Shown here piece after piece: positions 35,773 through 47,157 of a stretch of 64,000 nucleotides of DNA; position 1 is the first letter of the stretch, and each line of letters begins with the position of its first letter. The notes under the pieces are model-generated. The model saw nothing but the letters and a program-made list of their open reading frames with translations, was not told the origin of the DNA and ran no database searches. Made by a program: the position numbers and the translations under genes. Source of the DNA: Obrimoposthia wandeli (taxonomy: Eukaryota); assembly GCA_977020255.1 (NCBI GenBank), contig CDROCS010002834.1:62001-126000 (forward strand), given 5' to 3'.

Positions 35773-36443
35773 GATTCCAACTGCTTAAGCGCAAGTTCTG
35801 CTGCTGCCTGCTCTGCCTTGCGCCGACTGCTGCCTTTACCAATTACGGGCTTATCCAAGCCCGTCACTTCACATTGCACCGTGAACTCTTGATTATGAGC
35901 TTCACCATGCACCTTAGTTACAGTATACGCTGGAAGTGCTAAACGACGACCTTGTAAACACTCTTGCAGACGTGTTTTAGGATCTTTCTGGTTAATACCA
36001 GGTTGAATCGTATCAAGACGAGACTGATACCAAGATATAATAACCTTGCGTACCTGTTCCGTATCACTGTCCAAATAAATTGCACCGATAATCGCTTCTA
36101 CGCAATCAGCTAGAATTGAATCACGACGGAATCCGCCACTTTTCAACTCACCAGGACCCAGTAATAAATGATCACCAAGATCAAATTCACGGCCTAATTC
36201 AGCTAGCGTTTTACCACGAACAAGCGTTGCTCGCATACGGCTCATATCACCTTCATCCACATGAGGAAAACGGTGATATAAGTCATCGGCAATAACAAAA
36301 CTTAAGATTGAATCGCCTAAAAACTCTAAGCGTTCATTATGCGTTCCATTAGCACTACGGTGTGTCAGTGATAATGTCATCAATTCGGTACTATTAAATT
36401 GATACCCCAGCTTACGCTGGAGTCTATTCGCAGGAGATGTCAT
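35769..36443 (-). CDS. rnc: Ribonuclease III
   Basis: [10 protein letters not shown] signature, dsRBD. Confidence 0.98.
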   Translation of the reverse strand: MTSPANRLQRKLGYQFNSTELMTLSLTHRSANGTHNERLEFLGDSILSFVIADDLYHRFPHVDEGDMSRMRATLVRGKTLAELGREFDLGDHLLLGPGELKSGGFRRDSILADCVEAIIGAIYLDSDTEQVRKVIISWYQSRLDTIQPGINQKDPKTRLQECLQGRRLALPAYTVTKVHGEAHNQEFTVQCEVTGLDKPVIGKGSSRRKAEQAAAELALKQLES

Positions 36444-36453
36444 TTTATCTCAA

Positions 36454-37353
36454 TCAGTTTATGCTACCAATGCGGTTAAAACGCACATCAGTAGGAATCC
36501 AAGATGGTAGTACGCTATCGGCACTTCGTTCAAACTCAAAGCTGATCCAGATCGCGACCGCCTTTCCGACTAAATTCGCTTCTGGCACAAAGCCCCAGTA
36601 ACGACTGTCTGCACTATTATCGCGATTATCACCCATCATAAAATATTGACCGTCAGGTACAACCCACTCACTGATACCCGAACGAGGCTGGTAATTCAAT
36701 GTGTGGTCACGTTTTAATGGATGTACTAAAATTTGATGATCTGCATCACCCAACTTTTCATTAAATTGCACTAAACGCGTCATATTTTGAGCGAATTCAC
36801 TGTCAATCATGTTGGTTAACGGCACAACGGTACAATCTGCAGTGCCTTTCGGCGCAATGCAAACTTGCTTATCTGCGCTGTAACGAACAGTATCGCCAGG
36901 CATACCGACTACACGTTTAATGTAATCAATATTCGGTTGAGGTGGGTATTTAAATACCACAACATCGCCACGTTCAGGTTCACTTGTTTCAATCAACTTA
37001 TGACGGAAAACAGGATCGCGCAAACCATATGCGAATTTCTCAACCAAGATGAAATCACCAATAAGTAATGTTGGCATCATCGAGCCGGATGGGATCTGGA
37101 ACGGCTCATAAACAAATGAGCGAAATACCATTATAAGCGCAATCACCGGAAACATAGAGCTAGTTGATTCTACCCAGCTCGGTTGCGGTGCTACGGTTTC
37201 TAGGGTTTTAGCATCTACTTGATCGCCAGCATTTGCAGCCGCTGCATCAACTTTCAATTGACGCTTTGGCGCCCAAACAAACCTATCTAGAGCCCAAATG
37301 AGCCCGGTAAATAATGTTGCAAGTACCAAAATTAACGAAAAAGTATTAGCCAT
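36454..37353 (-). CDS. lepB: Signal peptidase I
   Basis: PSGSMMPTL (Ser), DYIKRVVG (Lys), GDNRDNSADSR. Confidence 0.97.
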   Translation of the reverse strand: MANTFSLILVLATLFTGLIWALDRFVWAPKRQLKVDAAAANAGDQVDAKTLETVAPQPSWVESTSSMFPVIALIMVFRSFVYEPFQIPSGSMMPTLLIGDFILVEKFAYGLRDPVFRHKLIETSEPERGDVVVFKYPPQPNIDYIKRVVGMPGDTVRYSADKQVCIAPKGTADCTVVPLTNMIDSEFAQNMTRLVQFNEKLGDADHQILVHPLKRDHTLNYQPRSGISEWVVPDGQYFMMGDNRDNSADSRYWGFVPEANLVGKAVAIWISFEFERSADSVLPSWIPTDVRFNRIGSIN

Positions 37354-37430
37354 TGTATTCCCTAATCAATGTAACTGTTCAGCTTTATATGTAGCTGCTC
37401 GACTCAAAAGTGTGTGTACGCATTAAATAA

Positions 37431-37463
37431 AAATGCTGATTTAATTAGTATAAATCAGCATTT
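37431..37463 (-). terminator. Hairpin between lepA and lepB
   Basis: 13-bp perfect stem AAATGCTGATTTA/TAAATCAGCATTT, T-rich tail on the minus strand. Confidence 0.5.
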
Positions 37464-37507
37464 AAGGTATTAATATAAACACACAGGTAATGAGATAAGC
37501 TAACTAC

Positions 37508-39301
37508 TTATTTTTTACCTACATGTAAAATAGCTAAGAACGCTTCTTGAGGCAGCTCGACATTACCGATCTGCTTCATACGTTTCTTACCCGCTTTCTG
37601 CTTCTGTAGTAGTTTCTTCTTACGACTGATATCGCCACCGTAACACTTAGCAATAACGTTTTTACGTAACTGCTTCACGGTTGCACGGGCAATAATCATA
37701 CCGCCAATCGCCGCTTGAATCGCAATATCAAACATCTGACGAGGAATGAATTCCTTCATTTTATCGACTAAATCACGACCGCGACCATTCGCATTGTCTT
37801 TATGCGTAATAATAGCAAGTGCATCTACACGTTCGCCGTTGATCATTACATCAACACGTACCATGTTTGATGGTTCGTAACGCTGGAAGTTGTAATCTAG
37901 CGATGCATAACCACGTGATGTCGATTTCAAACGGTCGAAGAAATCCAATACTACTTCTGACATCGGAATATCGTATGTCAGCGCAACTTGGCTTCCATGA
38001 TAAATCATATCGACTTGCATACCACGTTTTTCAATACACAAGGTAATCACATTACCTAGGTATTCTGATGGTACCAAGATATTACAACGTGCAATTGGCT
38101 CACCAATGACTTCAATATCATTGACTGCTGGTAGCTTTGATGGGCTATCAACATAAACGGTGCCGTTGCGTGTCGTTTCCACTTCATAAACAACCGTTGG
38201 TGCCGTTGTAATAAGCTCAAGATCGTATTCACGCTCTAAGCGCTCTTGAACGATTTCCATGTGTAACATACCAAGGAAACCACAACGGAAACCAAAACCA
38301 AGTGCAGTAGAACTTTCTGGTTCATAGAACAAAGATGCGTCGTTTAGGCTTAATTTACCCAGTGCGTCACGGAAGTTCTCGTAATCATCAGAAGATATAG
38401 GGAATAGACCCGCATAAACCTGAGGTTTCACTTTCTTAAAACCAGGTAAGGGGGTTTCACTACCATCTTTAGCCGTAGTGATCGTATCACCAACTGGCGC
38501 ACCTAAGATGTCTTTAATACCGCAAACAACCCAACCTACTTCACCAGTATTCAGTTCAGTAGTATCGATTTGCTTAGGCGTAAAGATACCCAGACGGTCA
38601 ATATTCCAAACCTGATCGGTGCTCATCATCTTAATTTTTGCATTTTTCTTTAGTGAGCCATTTTTAACTCGAACCAAAGAGACAATGCCTAAATAATTAT
38701 CGAACCATGAATCAATGATCAAGGCTTGTAACGGACCTTCAGGATCACCTTCTGGTGGCGGAATAGCAGCAACGATGTTTTCAAGAACATCTTCAACGCC
38801 TAAGCCTGTTTTCGCAGAACAGCGCGTTGCATCTACCGCATCGATACCTACAATGTCTTCTATTTCTTCTGCTACACGCTCTGGATCAGCCGCTGGCAAG
38901 TCGATTTTATTCAAAATCGGCACCACTTCTAGGTCCATTTCCATCGCTGTATAACAGTTAGCTAATGTCTGAGCTTCAACGCCCTGACCGGCATCAACCA
39001 CCAGCAAAGCCCCTTCACAGGCTGCTAGTGAACGCGATACTTCGTATGAGAAGTCAACGTGTCCTGGTGTATCGATGAAATTAAGCTGATAAGTTTCACC
39101 ATCTTTAGCCGTATAGTCGAGTGTTACACTCTGGGCTTTGATAGTGATACCGCGTTCGCGTTCGAGATCCATGGAATCTAAAACCTGCGCAGACATTTCA
39201 CGATTGGAAAGGCCACCACAGACTTGAATTAGACGGTCGGATAAGGTCGACTTACCATGGTCGATATGTGCAATAATCGAAAAGTTACGAATGTGCTTCA
39301 T
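37508..39301 (-). CDS. lepA: Elongation factor 4
   Basis: [26 protein letters not shown]. Confidence 0.99.
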   Translation of the reverse strand: MKHIRNFSIIAHIDHGKSTLSDRLIQVCGGLSNREMSAQVLDSMDLERERGITIKAQSVTLDYTAKDGETYQLNFIDTPGHVDFSYEVSRSLAACEGALLVVDAGQGVEAQTLANCYTAMEMDLEVVPILNKIDLPAADPERVAEEIEDIVGIDAVDATRCSAKTGLGVEDVLENIVAAIPPPEGDPEGPLQALIIDSWFDNYLGIVSLVRVKNGSLKKNAKIKMMSTDQVWNIDRLGIFTPKQIDTTELNTGEVGWVVCGIKDILGAPVGDTITTAKDGSETPLPGFKKVKPQVYAGLFPISSDDYENFRDALGKLSLNDASLFYEPESSTALGFGFRCGFLGMLHMEIVQERLEREYDLELITTAPTVVYEVETTRNGTVYVDSPSKLPAVNDIEVIGEPIARCNILVPSEYLGNVITLCIEKRGMQVDMIYHGSQVALTYDIPMSEVVLDFFDRLKSTSRGYASLDYNFQRYEPSNMVRVDVMINGERVDALAIITHKDNANGRGRDLVDKMKEFIPRQMFDIAIQAAIGGMIIARATVKQLRKNVIAKCYGGDISRKKKLLQKQKAGKKRMKQIGNVELPQEAFLAILHVGKK

Positions 39302-39377
39302 GAATGGCGTGACTAACTCGTGATTTAAATGAATGGGATCTTTTGATCAAGTTGACGGATTCTACCGAATTTCAGGG

Positions 39378-39875
39378 CTACTCGCTATCTTTCGATTCAG
39401 CATTTATCATCTTATCTGCTGATAGTGGTTGCCCCAACACCCGAATCAGGCTCGGCTCATAGTCCGAATTGCCGTCTAAACGCTTAGCATATTGCCGCGC
39501 AAGTAGCAGCCCAATAGCTGCACTGACCATAGATGTAATAATGACGCCGAGTTCACTGGTACCTGCTAAGTCAACAAACCACCACTGCCCTACAACTGCA
39601 CCCACGACTAAAAATAGTAACGGTACAATGTACACCAGCAGTGCAGAACTCAGCATGCTTTTTTCTGATAAGCCAATTTCAACAACTTCACCAATTGTTA
39701 GCGACTTGTCCGTCGCTAACGTAACTTGGTGTGCTCGCCCAGGTATCGCTTTAGTCACAATCCCAGTTCCGCAGTTATCACGCGAAGCACAGTGGCCACA
39801 ACTGGTTTGTTGCTGACAACTGACAGTTACACTGCCTTGCTCTACGGCAATAACCGTTGCCAGCGTGCGCATCAT
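39378..39875 (-). CDS. rseC: RseC (SoxR reducing system)
   Basis: SCGHCASRDNCG Cys cluster plus two TM helices; last gene of the rpoE operon. Confidence 0.92.
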   Translation of the reverse strand: MMRTLATVIAVEQGSVTVSCQQQTSCGHCASRDNCGTGIVTKAIPGRAHQVTLATDKSLTIGEVVEIGLSEKSMLSSALLVYIVPLLFLVVGAVVGQWWFVDLAGTSELGVIITSMVSAAIGLLLARQYAKRLDGNSDYEPSLIRVLGQPLSADKMINAESKDSE

Positions 39876-40867
39876 GGCTTCACACCCTCAGCGGCAGGAA
39901 CAACGCTAGAGGTGTCACCAAAAACAATAGACTCAGCAATACGTCGTGCAGTGGCTGGCGGAATATCACCTACGACAGTCACTTCTTTATCTCCGACTAC
40001 ATTGCTATGCAAAGTACGACGACCTTGCCTTACAAGCTGCTCACGTACAGTATAGTTGTCAGCATCAGAAACGTAGATAGAAAGGCTAAATAACCCATCA
40101 CTGTACATTTTACTTTCAACGGGCCTTTCTGTTAACACCAAGCGATGGCGATTACGCGAAACAGACTCAAAACCTTGAGGCAGCCAATTCACCGACCATC
40201 CAAGATCTGCTTGAGGCTGTGGTGGTAGTTGTACAACAGCCGGCAAATCAACCGTACTTAAATTTTTAAGTACTTCACCGACTTTAGGGTTAACCACATA
40301 AGAAACAGCACGATACTGTTCTAATGGTTCACCGTCACGATCTAGCAAATCAGCACGCATCACTAAATGGCTACGTGTATCTACCCACAATAAGTAGGAA
40401 TAACGCGTTCCATCTTTGGGTGCAACACGTATAACATCACAAGCCACTCCTGCTTCACGCGCACGTCCCATCGAAATGAAATCATAGAAATCCGACAGCT
40501 CATGAATATTTGTTTTCATGACCGGAGGCAATGGTGCCACCATTTTATTGCTGTCGATAGTGAACGGATCTAACCCCGGTTCAAAATAACTGACTTCACG
40601 GCCACGCTGAATCACCTCACGTGGTGGACCACTAAGGTAAATAAGATGTGCGTACGTTTTACCATCTTCTACAGCATGGCGATAACGCAGCGGTTCAATA
40701 CTATTTTTCTTAATTAGTATGTAAGAAAGCTCATAACTGAGCTCTCTACTAGCCTCATCCATTTGATGCAACAAAGCCTCTGCTGAAGCTATAGGTTCTT
40801 CAGCAGAGGCTTGTATTGGCATCAATAGGCTGACCAGTGTCACGGCACCGACCAGAATTTTAATCAT
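39872..40867 (-). CDS. rseB: Sigma-E regulatory protein RseB
   Basis: Signal peptide, LRYRHA, YSDGLFSLSIYV. Confidence 0.93.
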   Translation of the reverse strand: MIKILVGAVTLVSLLMPIQASAEEPIASAEALLHQMDEASRELSYELSYILIKKNSIEPLRYRHAVEDGKTYAHLIYLSGPPREVIQRGREVSYFEPGLDPFTIDSNKMVAPLPPVMKTNIHELSDFYDFISMGRAREAGVACDVIRVAPKDGTRYSYLLWVDTRSHLVMRADLLDRDGEPLEQYRAVSYVVNPKVGEVLKNLSTVDLPAVVQLPPQPQADLGWSVNWLPQGFESVSRNRHRLVLTERPVESKMYSDGLFSLSIYVSDADNYTVREQLVRQGRRTLHSNVVGDKEVTVVGDIPPATARRIAESIVFGDTSSVVPAAEGVKP

Positions 40868-41562
40868 TAATCCGCCACAGATAAATTTGCTTCTAATAAT
40901 GTTCTATCGATACTGCCATCTTCAGCATTAAAGCGAAGTTGCAATTCATAATCTTGCAGCATCGCATTAATACGACGACGTTGCTCCATTAATTGCGCTT
41001 CACTTGGTGCACTATTGTGCGCACCAGTACGGACAGAATCACGCGTTAAGCTGACAGGTTCAGCTTTTCCTCCAAACGGAATAGTTTGAAGTACTGGTAA
41101 TTGTGAATTCGTTGCATCTGCAACCAATGCATCACCGCCATTGTATTGTTGAACACCAACAATAACAGCTAATGATACTGACGCAGCAATCGCCACTTGA
41201 CCAAACTGAGTCAACCAAGCAGGTAAAGTACGCTTTGCCTGACGCGGTGTAGGCTGAGATTCAGTATGTTGTGCAGTTCTGATATCAATAACAGGGGTAT
41301 CAACAACAGGAACAATTACATCAGGTTCTGCACTAAAATCGGTTAACCCTACATGAGCAGGTTCATTATCCAATGCTAACGCTACGCTTCCTGCAATATT
41401 CCATTCTTTGCATTGCGGTGCGTCACCTCGGATAACATCACCAATAAGGTTGAAGTCATGCCAAGATTGTTCGCTTTCTTTGTCTACGGTCAGCGCATTA
41501 ATAATACTCTGGTCGAGCTCTTCGCCATCAACTAGCGCCGAAATCTTTTCTTTATCAGCCAT
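40867..41562 (-). CDS. rseA: Anti-sigma-E factor RseA
   Basis: KEKISALVDGE, LIGDVIRG, one TM helix, LQDYELQLR. Confidence 0.93.
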   Translation of the reverse strand: MADKEKISALVDGEELDQSIINALTVDKESEQSWHDFNLIGDVIRGDAPQCKEWNIAGSVALALDNEPAHVGLTDFSAEPDVIVPVVDTPVIDIRTAQHTESQPTPRQAKRTLPAWLTQFGQVAIAASVSLAVIVGVQQYNGGDALVADATNSQLPVLQTIPFGGKAEPVSLTRDSVRTGAHNSAPSEAQLMEQRRRINAMLQDYELQLRFNAEDGSIDRTLLEANLSVAD

Positions 41563-41586
41563 TTCTCTTCACCGTTTGGCTTAACA

Positions 41587-42165
41587 TTATCGCTGCATAA
41601 GAGGACGTATGCGTTTTTCAACTGCCTCTCGAGCACGGAATATGCGTGATCTTACAGTACCTACAGGGCAATCCATTATTTCTGCAATATCTTCATAGCT
41701 TAAACCATCCAGTTCGCGCAATGAGATCGCAGTTTTGAGATCTTCCGGCAATGATTCTATGGTACCAAAGACAACCCGCTTTAATTCTTCAGACAACATA
41801 AGGTTCTCAGGGTTCGAAATTTCTTTCAATGCACCGCCAGTTTCGTAATATTCTGCATCTTCTGCATCAACATCGGAAGCGGGTGGACGACGTCCCTGAG
41901 CCACTAAATAATTCTTCGCAGTATTAACAGCAATACGGTATAGCCATGTATAGAAAGCACTTTCACCTCGAAATGTAGGCAAAGCTCTATACGCCTTAAT
42001 AAAGGCTTCTTGTGCAACATCAGGGACATCGCCTGAGTTACTGACATACCGTGCAACGAGATTACAAACTTTATTTTGATATTTTATTACCAAAAGATTG
42101 AACGCTTGCTTATCTCCTCGCTGGACTCGCTCTATTAATACCTGATCAGTTTGCTGCTCGCTCAT
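41587..42165 (-). CDS. rpoE: ECF sigma factor RpoE
   Basis: FRGESAFYTWLYRIAVNTAKN, CPVGTVRSRIFRAR. Confidence 0.98.
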   Translation of the reverse strand: MSEQQTDQVLIERVQRGDKQAFNLLVIKYQNKVCNLVARYVSNSGDVPDVAQEAFIKAYRALPTFRGESAFYTWLYRIAVNTAKNYLVAQGRRPPASDVDAEDAEYYETGGALKEISNPENLMLSEELKRVVFGTIESLPEDLKTAISLRELDGLSYEDIAEIMDCPVGTVRSRIFRAREAVEKRIRPLMQR

Positions 42166-42364
42166 TCGAGCGTGTACTCCTATATCTGTCTTGCACTCGG
42201 ATTCGTACTATTACAGGTCGATATTACGTTAATAACTAATTTATGCCGTATTAACCACTTACCTGTTCAAGTGTTTTATGCAGACTAAGATTGCTAAAAA
42301 AACGTCTGTAAACACTCAGCTAAAACACAGTAGTATGAAAACATTTATGAGCGTGAGCACTATG

Positions 42365-42392
42365 TATGACTCGAGAAAAACGGCAAAGTTCC
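42365..42392 (-). promoter_or_regulatory. Sigma-E-dependent autoregulatory promoter of rpoE
   Basis: Minus strand GGAACTT-N16-TCATA, matching the sigmaE consensus GGAACTT-N16-TCAAA. Confidence 0.75.
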
Positions 42393-42743
42393 TAGCCGAA
42401 AAAAATAATTTCTTAGTAATAGTGCGCGATCTTTTTATCACTATGACGCATTATACGACGATAAGTGCTTCATATGTTACACCAACTATGCTTGCTAGCG
42501 AGACAAATCAATGTCAAAAAAATGCATTTATTTGATGGGGTCTTCGCTTTTAACTTTAATAAGTAAACCACACGAACACGATATAAAACAATAATGTGGA
42601 TACTTCACTTTGCTAAAGTAATTATTTAACTTTTGCTGATGTACATACTCGATGACGAGCAATAAGGATTTGATGGTCGCTATGACCATTCAGGATGGAT
42701 TTTGGTAATATATGGCGGATTGCCACAGGGATATGATATCGAT

Positions 42744-44366
42744 ATGAACAAAAATCGTGAACATCATTGCGATGTTTTAGTCATTGGTAGCGGTGCTGCC
42801 GGTTTAACACTTGCACTTCGTTTAGCGCCTTTAAGTAAAGTCGTTGTCGTTAGTAAAGGTACACGCAGTGAAGGGGCAACATACTACGCACAGGGTGGTA
42901 TTGCCGCTGTTTTTGATGAATCAGACAGTATTGAATCACATATAGAAGACACACAAATTGCTGGTGCGCATTTATGTGATGATAATGTGGTGCGCTTCAT
43001 TGCGGAAAATGCCAAAGAATCGGTTCAGTGGCTGATTGATGGCGGTGTCCCCTTTGATCGTGAAGAACAAGATAATGATGATGAAACCCCTCGTTATCAT
43101 TTAACGCGTGAAGGTGGTCATAGTCATCGACGTATATTGCATGCCGCCGATGCCACAGGCATGGCAATGCAAAACTCACTGCAAGATAACGTTCATAGCC
43201 ACCCCAATATCGAAGTATTAGAGCGTCATAATGCGCTTGATCTAATTACTCACCAGAAGCTAGGTAACGACGATACGCCAAACCGTGTATTAGGTGCTTA
43301 TGTCTGGAACCGTAATAAAGAAGTGGTTGAAACAATACATGCCAAATTTGTTGTACTCGCAACAGGTGGCGCTTCAAAGGTATATCAGTACACATCAAAC
43401 CCAGATGTATCTTCTGGCGATGGTATTGCCATGGCATGGCGTGCAGGGTGTCGAGTAGCGAATCTTGAATTTAACCAATTTCACCCAACATGCTTGTTCC
43501 ACCCTGACGCAAGAAACTACCTATTAACCGAAGCACTACGTGGTGAAGGGGCATATTTACGTCGCCCTGACGGTAGCCGTTTTATGAACGATTTCGATGA
43601 GCGCGGTGAACTTGCGCCACGCGATGTCGTCGCCCGCGCTATCGACTTCGAGATGAAGCGTTTAGGGGCCGATTGTATGTTTCTGGATATCAGTCATAAG
43701 TCTGATGATTTCATTACGAAACATTTCCCAACGATTTATGAAAAACTGTTAACGTTCAACATTGATATCACCAAAGAACCTATGCCAATCGTGCCAGCCG
43801 CGCACTATACCTGTGGTGGTGTAATGGTCGATACCAAAGGTCGAACAGATTTAGACGGTTTATATGCAATTGGCGAGGTCAGTTATACTGGTTTGCACGG
43901 TGCAAACCGCATGGCTTCTAACTCGTTATTAGAGTGCGTTGTATATGCGAGTTCAGCCGCTGAAAGCATCAGTTCGAAGCTAGATAATGTCAGCATGCCC
44001 GTCTCTCTTCCCCATTGGGATGAAAGCCAAGTTAACTGTTCAGATGAAGAAGTAGTTATCCAACACAACTGGCATGAACTGCGTCTGTTTATGTGGGATT
44101 ACGTCGGTATTGTACGTTCAACTAAACGTTTAGAACGCGCAATGCGCCGAATTCAGCTGCTTAAACAAGAAATTGATGAATACTACGGTAACTTCCGCGT
44201 ATCTAATAACCTACTTGAACTGCGTAATTTAGTCCAAGTGGCAGAGCTAATTGTTCGATGTGCGCTAGAACGAAAAGAAAGCCGAGGTTTACACTTCACC
44301 TTAGATTACCCAGAACTGCAAGAGAATTCAGGGCCAACCATTCAAACACCGGATCAGCCTTGTTAA
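42744..44366 (+). CDS. nadB: L-aspartate oxidase (start at MNKNREHH)
   Basis: [35 protein letters not shown]; divergent from rpoE. Confidence 0.97.
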   Translation: MNKNREHHCDVLVIGSGAAGLTLALRLAPLSKVVVVSKGTRSEGATYYAQGGIAAVFDESDSIESHIEDTQIAGAHLCDDNVVRFIAENAKESVQWLIDGGVPFDREEQDNDDETPRYHLTREGGHSHRRILHAADATGMAMQNSLQDNVHSHPNIEVLERHNALDLITHQKLGNDDTPNRVLGAYVWNRNKEVVETIHAKFVVLATGGASKVYQYTSNPDVSSGDGIAMAWRAGCRVANLEFNQFHPTCLFHPDARNYLLTEALRGEGAYLRRPDGSRFMNDFDERGELAPRDVVARAIDFEMKRLGADCMFLDISHKSDDFITKHFPTIYEKLLTFNIDITKEPMPIVPAAHYTCGGVMVDTKGRTDLDGLYAIGEVSYTGLHGANRMASNSLLECVVYASSAAESISSKLDNVSMPVSLPHWDESQVNCSDEEVVIQHNWHELRLFMWDYVGIVRSTKRLERAMRRIQLLKQEIDEYYGNFRVSNNLLELRNLVQVAELIVRCALERKESRGLHFTLDYPELQENSGPTIQTPDQPC

Positions 44367-44414
44367 GCTGCCAACGTTGTTAAACGTGCCCTTTTAAATT
44401 TAAGTATTTTTCTT

Positions 44415-44443
44415 AAAATCCCAACGTCGGTTGGGATTTTTTT
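44415..44443. terminator. Bidirectional terminator nadB/ygfX
   Basis: AAAATCCCAAC-GTCG-GTTGGGATTTTTTT. Confidence 0.75.
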
Positions 44444-44461
44444 ATCGCGATCCTGCATCAC

Positions 44462-44881
44462 TCACAATCTCGCCATATGACACAGCATCGCCAATGAACG
44501 GTACTCTTGATCCTTGCAGGCATCATGACTAACACATACCCAAGTTACTTCTTGTGCATGTTGCATTCGAAATAAAATAAACCACCGGGTAACGACTTTT
44601 ATTTTATTAATTTGCCATTTTTGCTGCTGCCAATTAACCACACCAGAAACCGTAATACTGAGGATCCCTTGCTGACGATAATAATGTTGGTAACGTTCAA
44701 GCCACTCAATCCATAAACATTCCAAAAGAAATGTAACAATGATAAGCGGTAACCATGACGTCAAAAGTGGAACGAAGAGAGCAATTGCTACACCAAGATA
44801 TAAAGCACTTAGTGCAGCAAATATTTTTTGCGAAGGGTGTAAACGAAGATTAACGAAGCTTGCTGTTATTGTGGGCAACAA
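44462..44881 (-). CDS. ygfX: YgfX-family membrane protein
   Basis: 139 aa, two TM helices, overlaps the sdhE 3' end; assigned mostly from synteny. Confidence 0.65.
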   Translation of the reverse strand: MLPTITASFVNLRLHPSQKIFAALSALYLGVAIALFVPLLTSWLPLIIVTFLLECLWIEWLERYQHYYRQQGILSITVSGVVNWQQQKWQINKIKVVTRWFILFRMQHAQEVTWVCVSHDACKDQEYRSLAMLCHMARL

Positions 44882-45110
44882 TTTTGTCTACCATTGCGGC
44901 ATGAGCAACGTTTTCACTGCGACCATGGCCCATCATCCAAGTAAACAAATCTGGGTCATCGCTGGTCAATAACGACACGAAATCACGTTGTTCTTGATCG
45001 GGTAAGTCGTCTAAGCACTCTTCAAAAAAAGGCATGATGAGTACATCCAGTTCAAGCATACCACGTCGGCATGCCCATTTTAGGCGTGCTCTTTCATCTG
45101 AACTCAACAT
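44850..45110 (-). CDS. sdhE: FAD assembly factor SdhE
   Basis: WACRRGMLELD (RGxxE motif), DPDLFTW; ATG at 45110 with GAGG RBS. Confidence 0.95.
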   Translation of the reverse strand: MLSSDERARLKWACRRGMLELDVLIMPFFEECLDDLPDQEQRDFVSLLTSDDPDLFTWMMGHGRSENVAHAAMVDKIVAHNNSKLR

Positions 45111-45465
45111 ATACAACCTCGTTATCTAATCTGAATATTATTAGCGGTAGCAAAAAAATATTGTACTACCCTAAAATTTGCCACCAATATTAACAGCCAC
45201 TTATTACCTCTTCCATGCGCAAAAGCAAGCAAACACTGAAGATGAGACATATGATCAATAATAGCCTGCTGTTTTACTCAAGGCTGGATTCTAACAATAA
45301 GTGCAACACGATAATCGGCTAGCAAAGCTGACAAATGGTAATAAGCAATTTAACATGGTGGTCAAACTTACCATTTATTTGTAATGGCTCACATAACGCG
45401 GTTCATTAAACAATCGCAGTATCGTATTTTGAGTCGTGGTTACAATGTTAACTATGGAATATCCA

Positions 45466-46455
45466 ATGAGCATCGAGTTTAACGCACTGAATTTCAAAAA
45501 AGTCGCATTAACAGCGCAAGATAAACTGCCTAAACTGGCACTCATCAACCTCGATGATTGGGGATTAATCACTCTAATTGGTGACGACAAGAAATCTTAC
45601 CTACAAGGTCAAGTAACGTGTGATGTGGTATCACTGCCAGTCAACTCATCGACCTTAGGTGCTCATTGTGATGCCAAAGGTAAAATGCGCACTATTTTTC
45701 GCCTGTTTAACCACAATAAAGGTTATGGGTTTCTGCAACGTAAAAGTGTGATGGACACACAATTACCGGAATTAAAAAAGTACGCAGTATTTTCAAAAGT
45801 CGACATCGAAGCAAGCAGTGATGTTTTACTGGGTCTTTCTGGTGACCAAGCACAAGCTGTTGTTGATCAACACTTCCCGGGCGACGGTGATGTACGTGTC
45901 ATTAACGCAGGCACCGCCATTAAAGTTGACGATGATCGTTGGTTGTTCGCCATTGCACCAGAGCAAGCTGAACAACTCATTAATACTCTTGTAGAAACAC
46001 ACAATAACGTGCAGCTATCTGATAGCACATTGTGGGATCTCTACGATGTACTGCATGCCATTCCTCGTATAGATTCAGTAACCGCACTAGAGTTCATTCC
46101 TCAAGCTGTCAATCTACAAGCAGTAGATGGAATCAGCTTTAAAAAAGGCTGTTACACCGGTCAAGAAACGGTAGCACGTGCTAAGTACCGTGGTATCAAC
46201 AAACGTGCTATGTACATCGTTACTGGTGAAGCGACACAATGCCCACTGACTGGTGACGCATTAGAACGTAGCGTGGGTGATAACTGGCGTAAAGGTGGCA
46301 CTTTATTAGCGAGCTACCTGTATGCCGATGATCAAGCTATTGCCTTGGTTGTATTACCGAATAATCTTGATGAAGGCACAGAATTCCGCCTTGCTGAACA
46401 ACCGGAAGCTATCTGGACACAACTTGATTTACCTTACTCGTTAGACAATGAATAA
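45466..46455 (+). CDS. ygfZ: Folate-binding Fe-S repair/tRNA-modifying protein YgfZ (start uncertain)
   Basis: YLQGQVT, KGCYTGQE motif. Confidence 0.95.
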   Translation: MSIEFNALNFKKVALTAQDKLPKLALINLDDWGLITLIGDDKKSYLQGQVTCDVVSLPVNSSTLGAHCDAKGKMRTIFRLFNHNKGYGFLQRKSVMDTQLPELKKYAVFSKVDIEASSDVLLGLSGDQAQAVVDQHFPGDGDVRVINAGTAIKVDDDRWLFAIAPEQAEQLINTLVETHNNVQLSDSTLWDLYDVLHAIPRIDSVTALEFIPQAVNLQAVDGISFKKGCYTGQETVARAKYRGINKRAMYIVTGEATQCPLTGDALERSVGDNWRKGGTLLASYLYADDQAIALVVLPNNLDEGTEFRLAEQPEAIWTQLDLPYSLDNE

Positions 46456-46918
46456 CATGCAAACCTCCGTTATACGTTTTCTGGAGAATGAAGGAGTCGA
46501 TTACCGTCTACTCCCACATTCGAAACCAGCAAAAACAATAGAAGAAGCCGCCAAAGAGCGAGGCGTTGCACCAGAACAAATGGTGAAATCGATCTTACTC
46601 CGTGATATGAGTGGCTTTCATGTTTTAGCGTGCGTACCTGGCCCAGCGAAAGTCGACCCCACCAAAGTACGTGCTATGTTTGGATGCCGTCGTATGACCT
46701 GCGCAAACGCGGCCGATGTCGAAAAGATCACTGGATTAGTCATTGGTACGGTTGCCCCCGTCGGATTAAAGCAACCATTGCCCCTGATCTTTGATCATTC
46801 CATCAAAGCGCATGAAAGAGTCAATATTAGCAGTGGTGATCGAATGGCCGGTATCGAATTAGAAACCAACGACCTTTTGCTGCTTTGCGATCCTATGTTT
46901 TCCGACATTTGTCGCTAA
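46448..46918 (+). CDS. YbaK/EbsC-family aminoacyl-tRNA deacylase
   Basis: MVKSILL catalytic Lys motif, GLVIGTVAPVG loop, SSGDR; overlaps ygfZ by 8 bp. Confidence 0.8.
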   Translation: MNNMQTSVIRFLENEGVDYRLLPHSKPAKTIEEAAKERGVAPEQMVKSILLRDMSGFHVLACVPGPAKVDPTKVRAMFGCRRMTCANAADVEKITGLVIGTVAPVGLKQPLPLIFDHSIKAHERVNISSGDRMAGIELETNDLLLLCDPMFSDICR

Positions 46919-46980
46919 TGCTGGAATAAAACATAGCTGCCCGACCTGAATTAATAGTCATCATTAACGCCCCCCGATAA

Positions 46981-47004
46981 AAGCGACTCATTTGAGTCGT
47001 TTTT
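46981..47004 (+). terminator. Terminator after ygfZ-ybaK
   Basis: GCGACTC-ATTT-GAGTCGT-TTTT. Confidence 0.65.
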
Positions 47005-47157
47005 ATCTTATGACCTTTATTAACCGCTACAGCTACACACTGTTACATAAAATATGTGGCGTATTTAATAAATTTTCAGTTAACTGCTTTTGCATATTTT
47101 CTCATCAATGTAGAATAGTTTTTCAATAAGTTTTGTTTATTGAGAGAGAGTTTTACT

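Noticed and set aside
42166-42364. rseD-like leader ORF overlapping the rpoE start
   Set aside because: The frame ending at the ATGA overlap has a TAG six codons upstream.
44462-45110. ygfX-sdhE as a toxin-antitoxin pair (cptAB)
   Set aside because: SdhE has the RGxxE flavinylation motif and the toxin role of YgfX is not well supported; treated as housekeeping.
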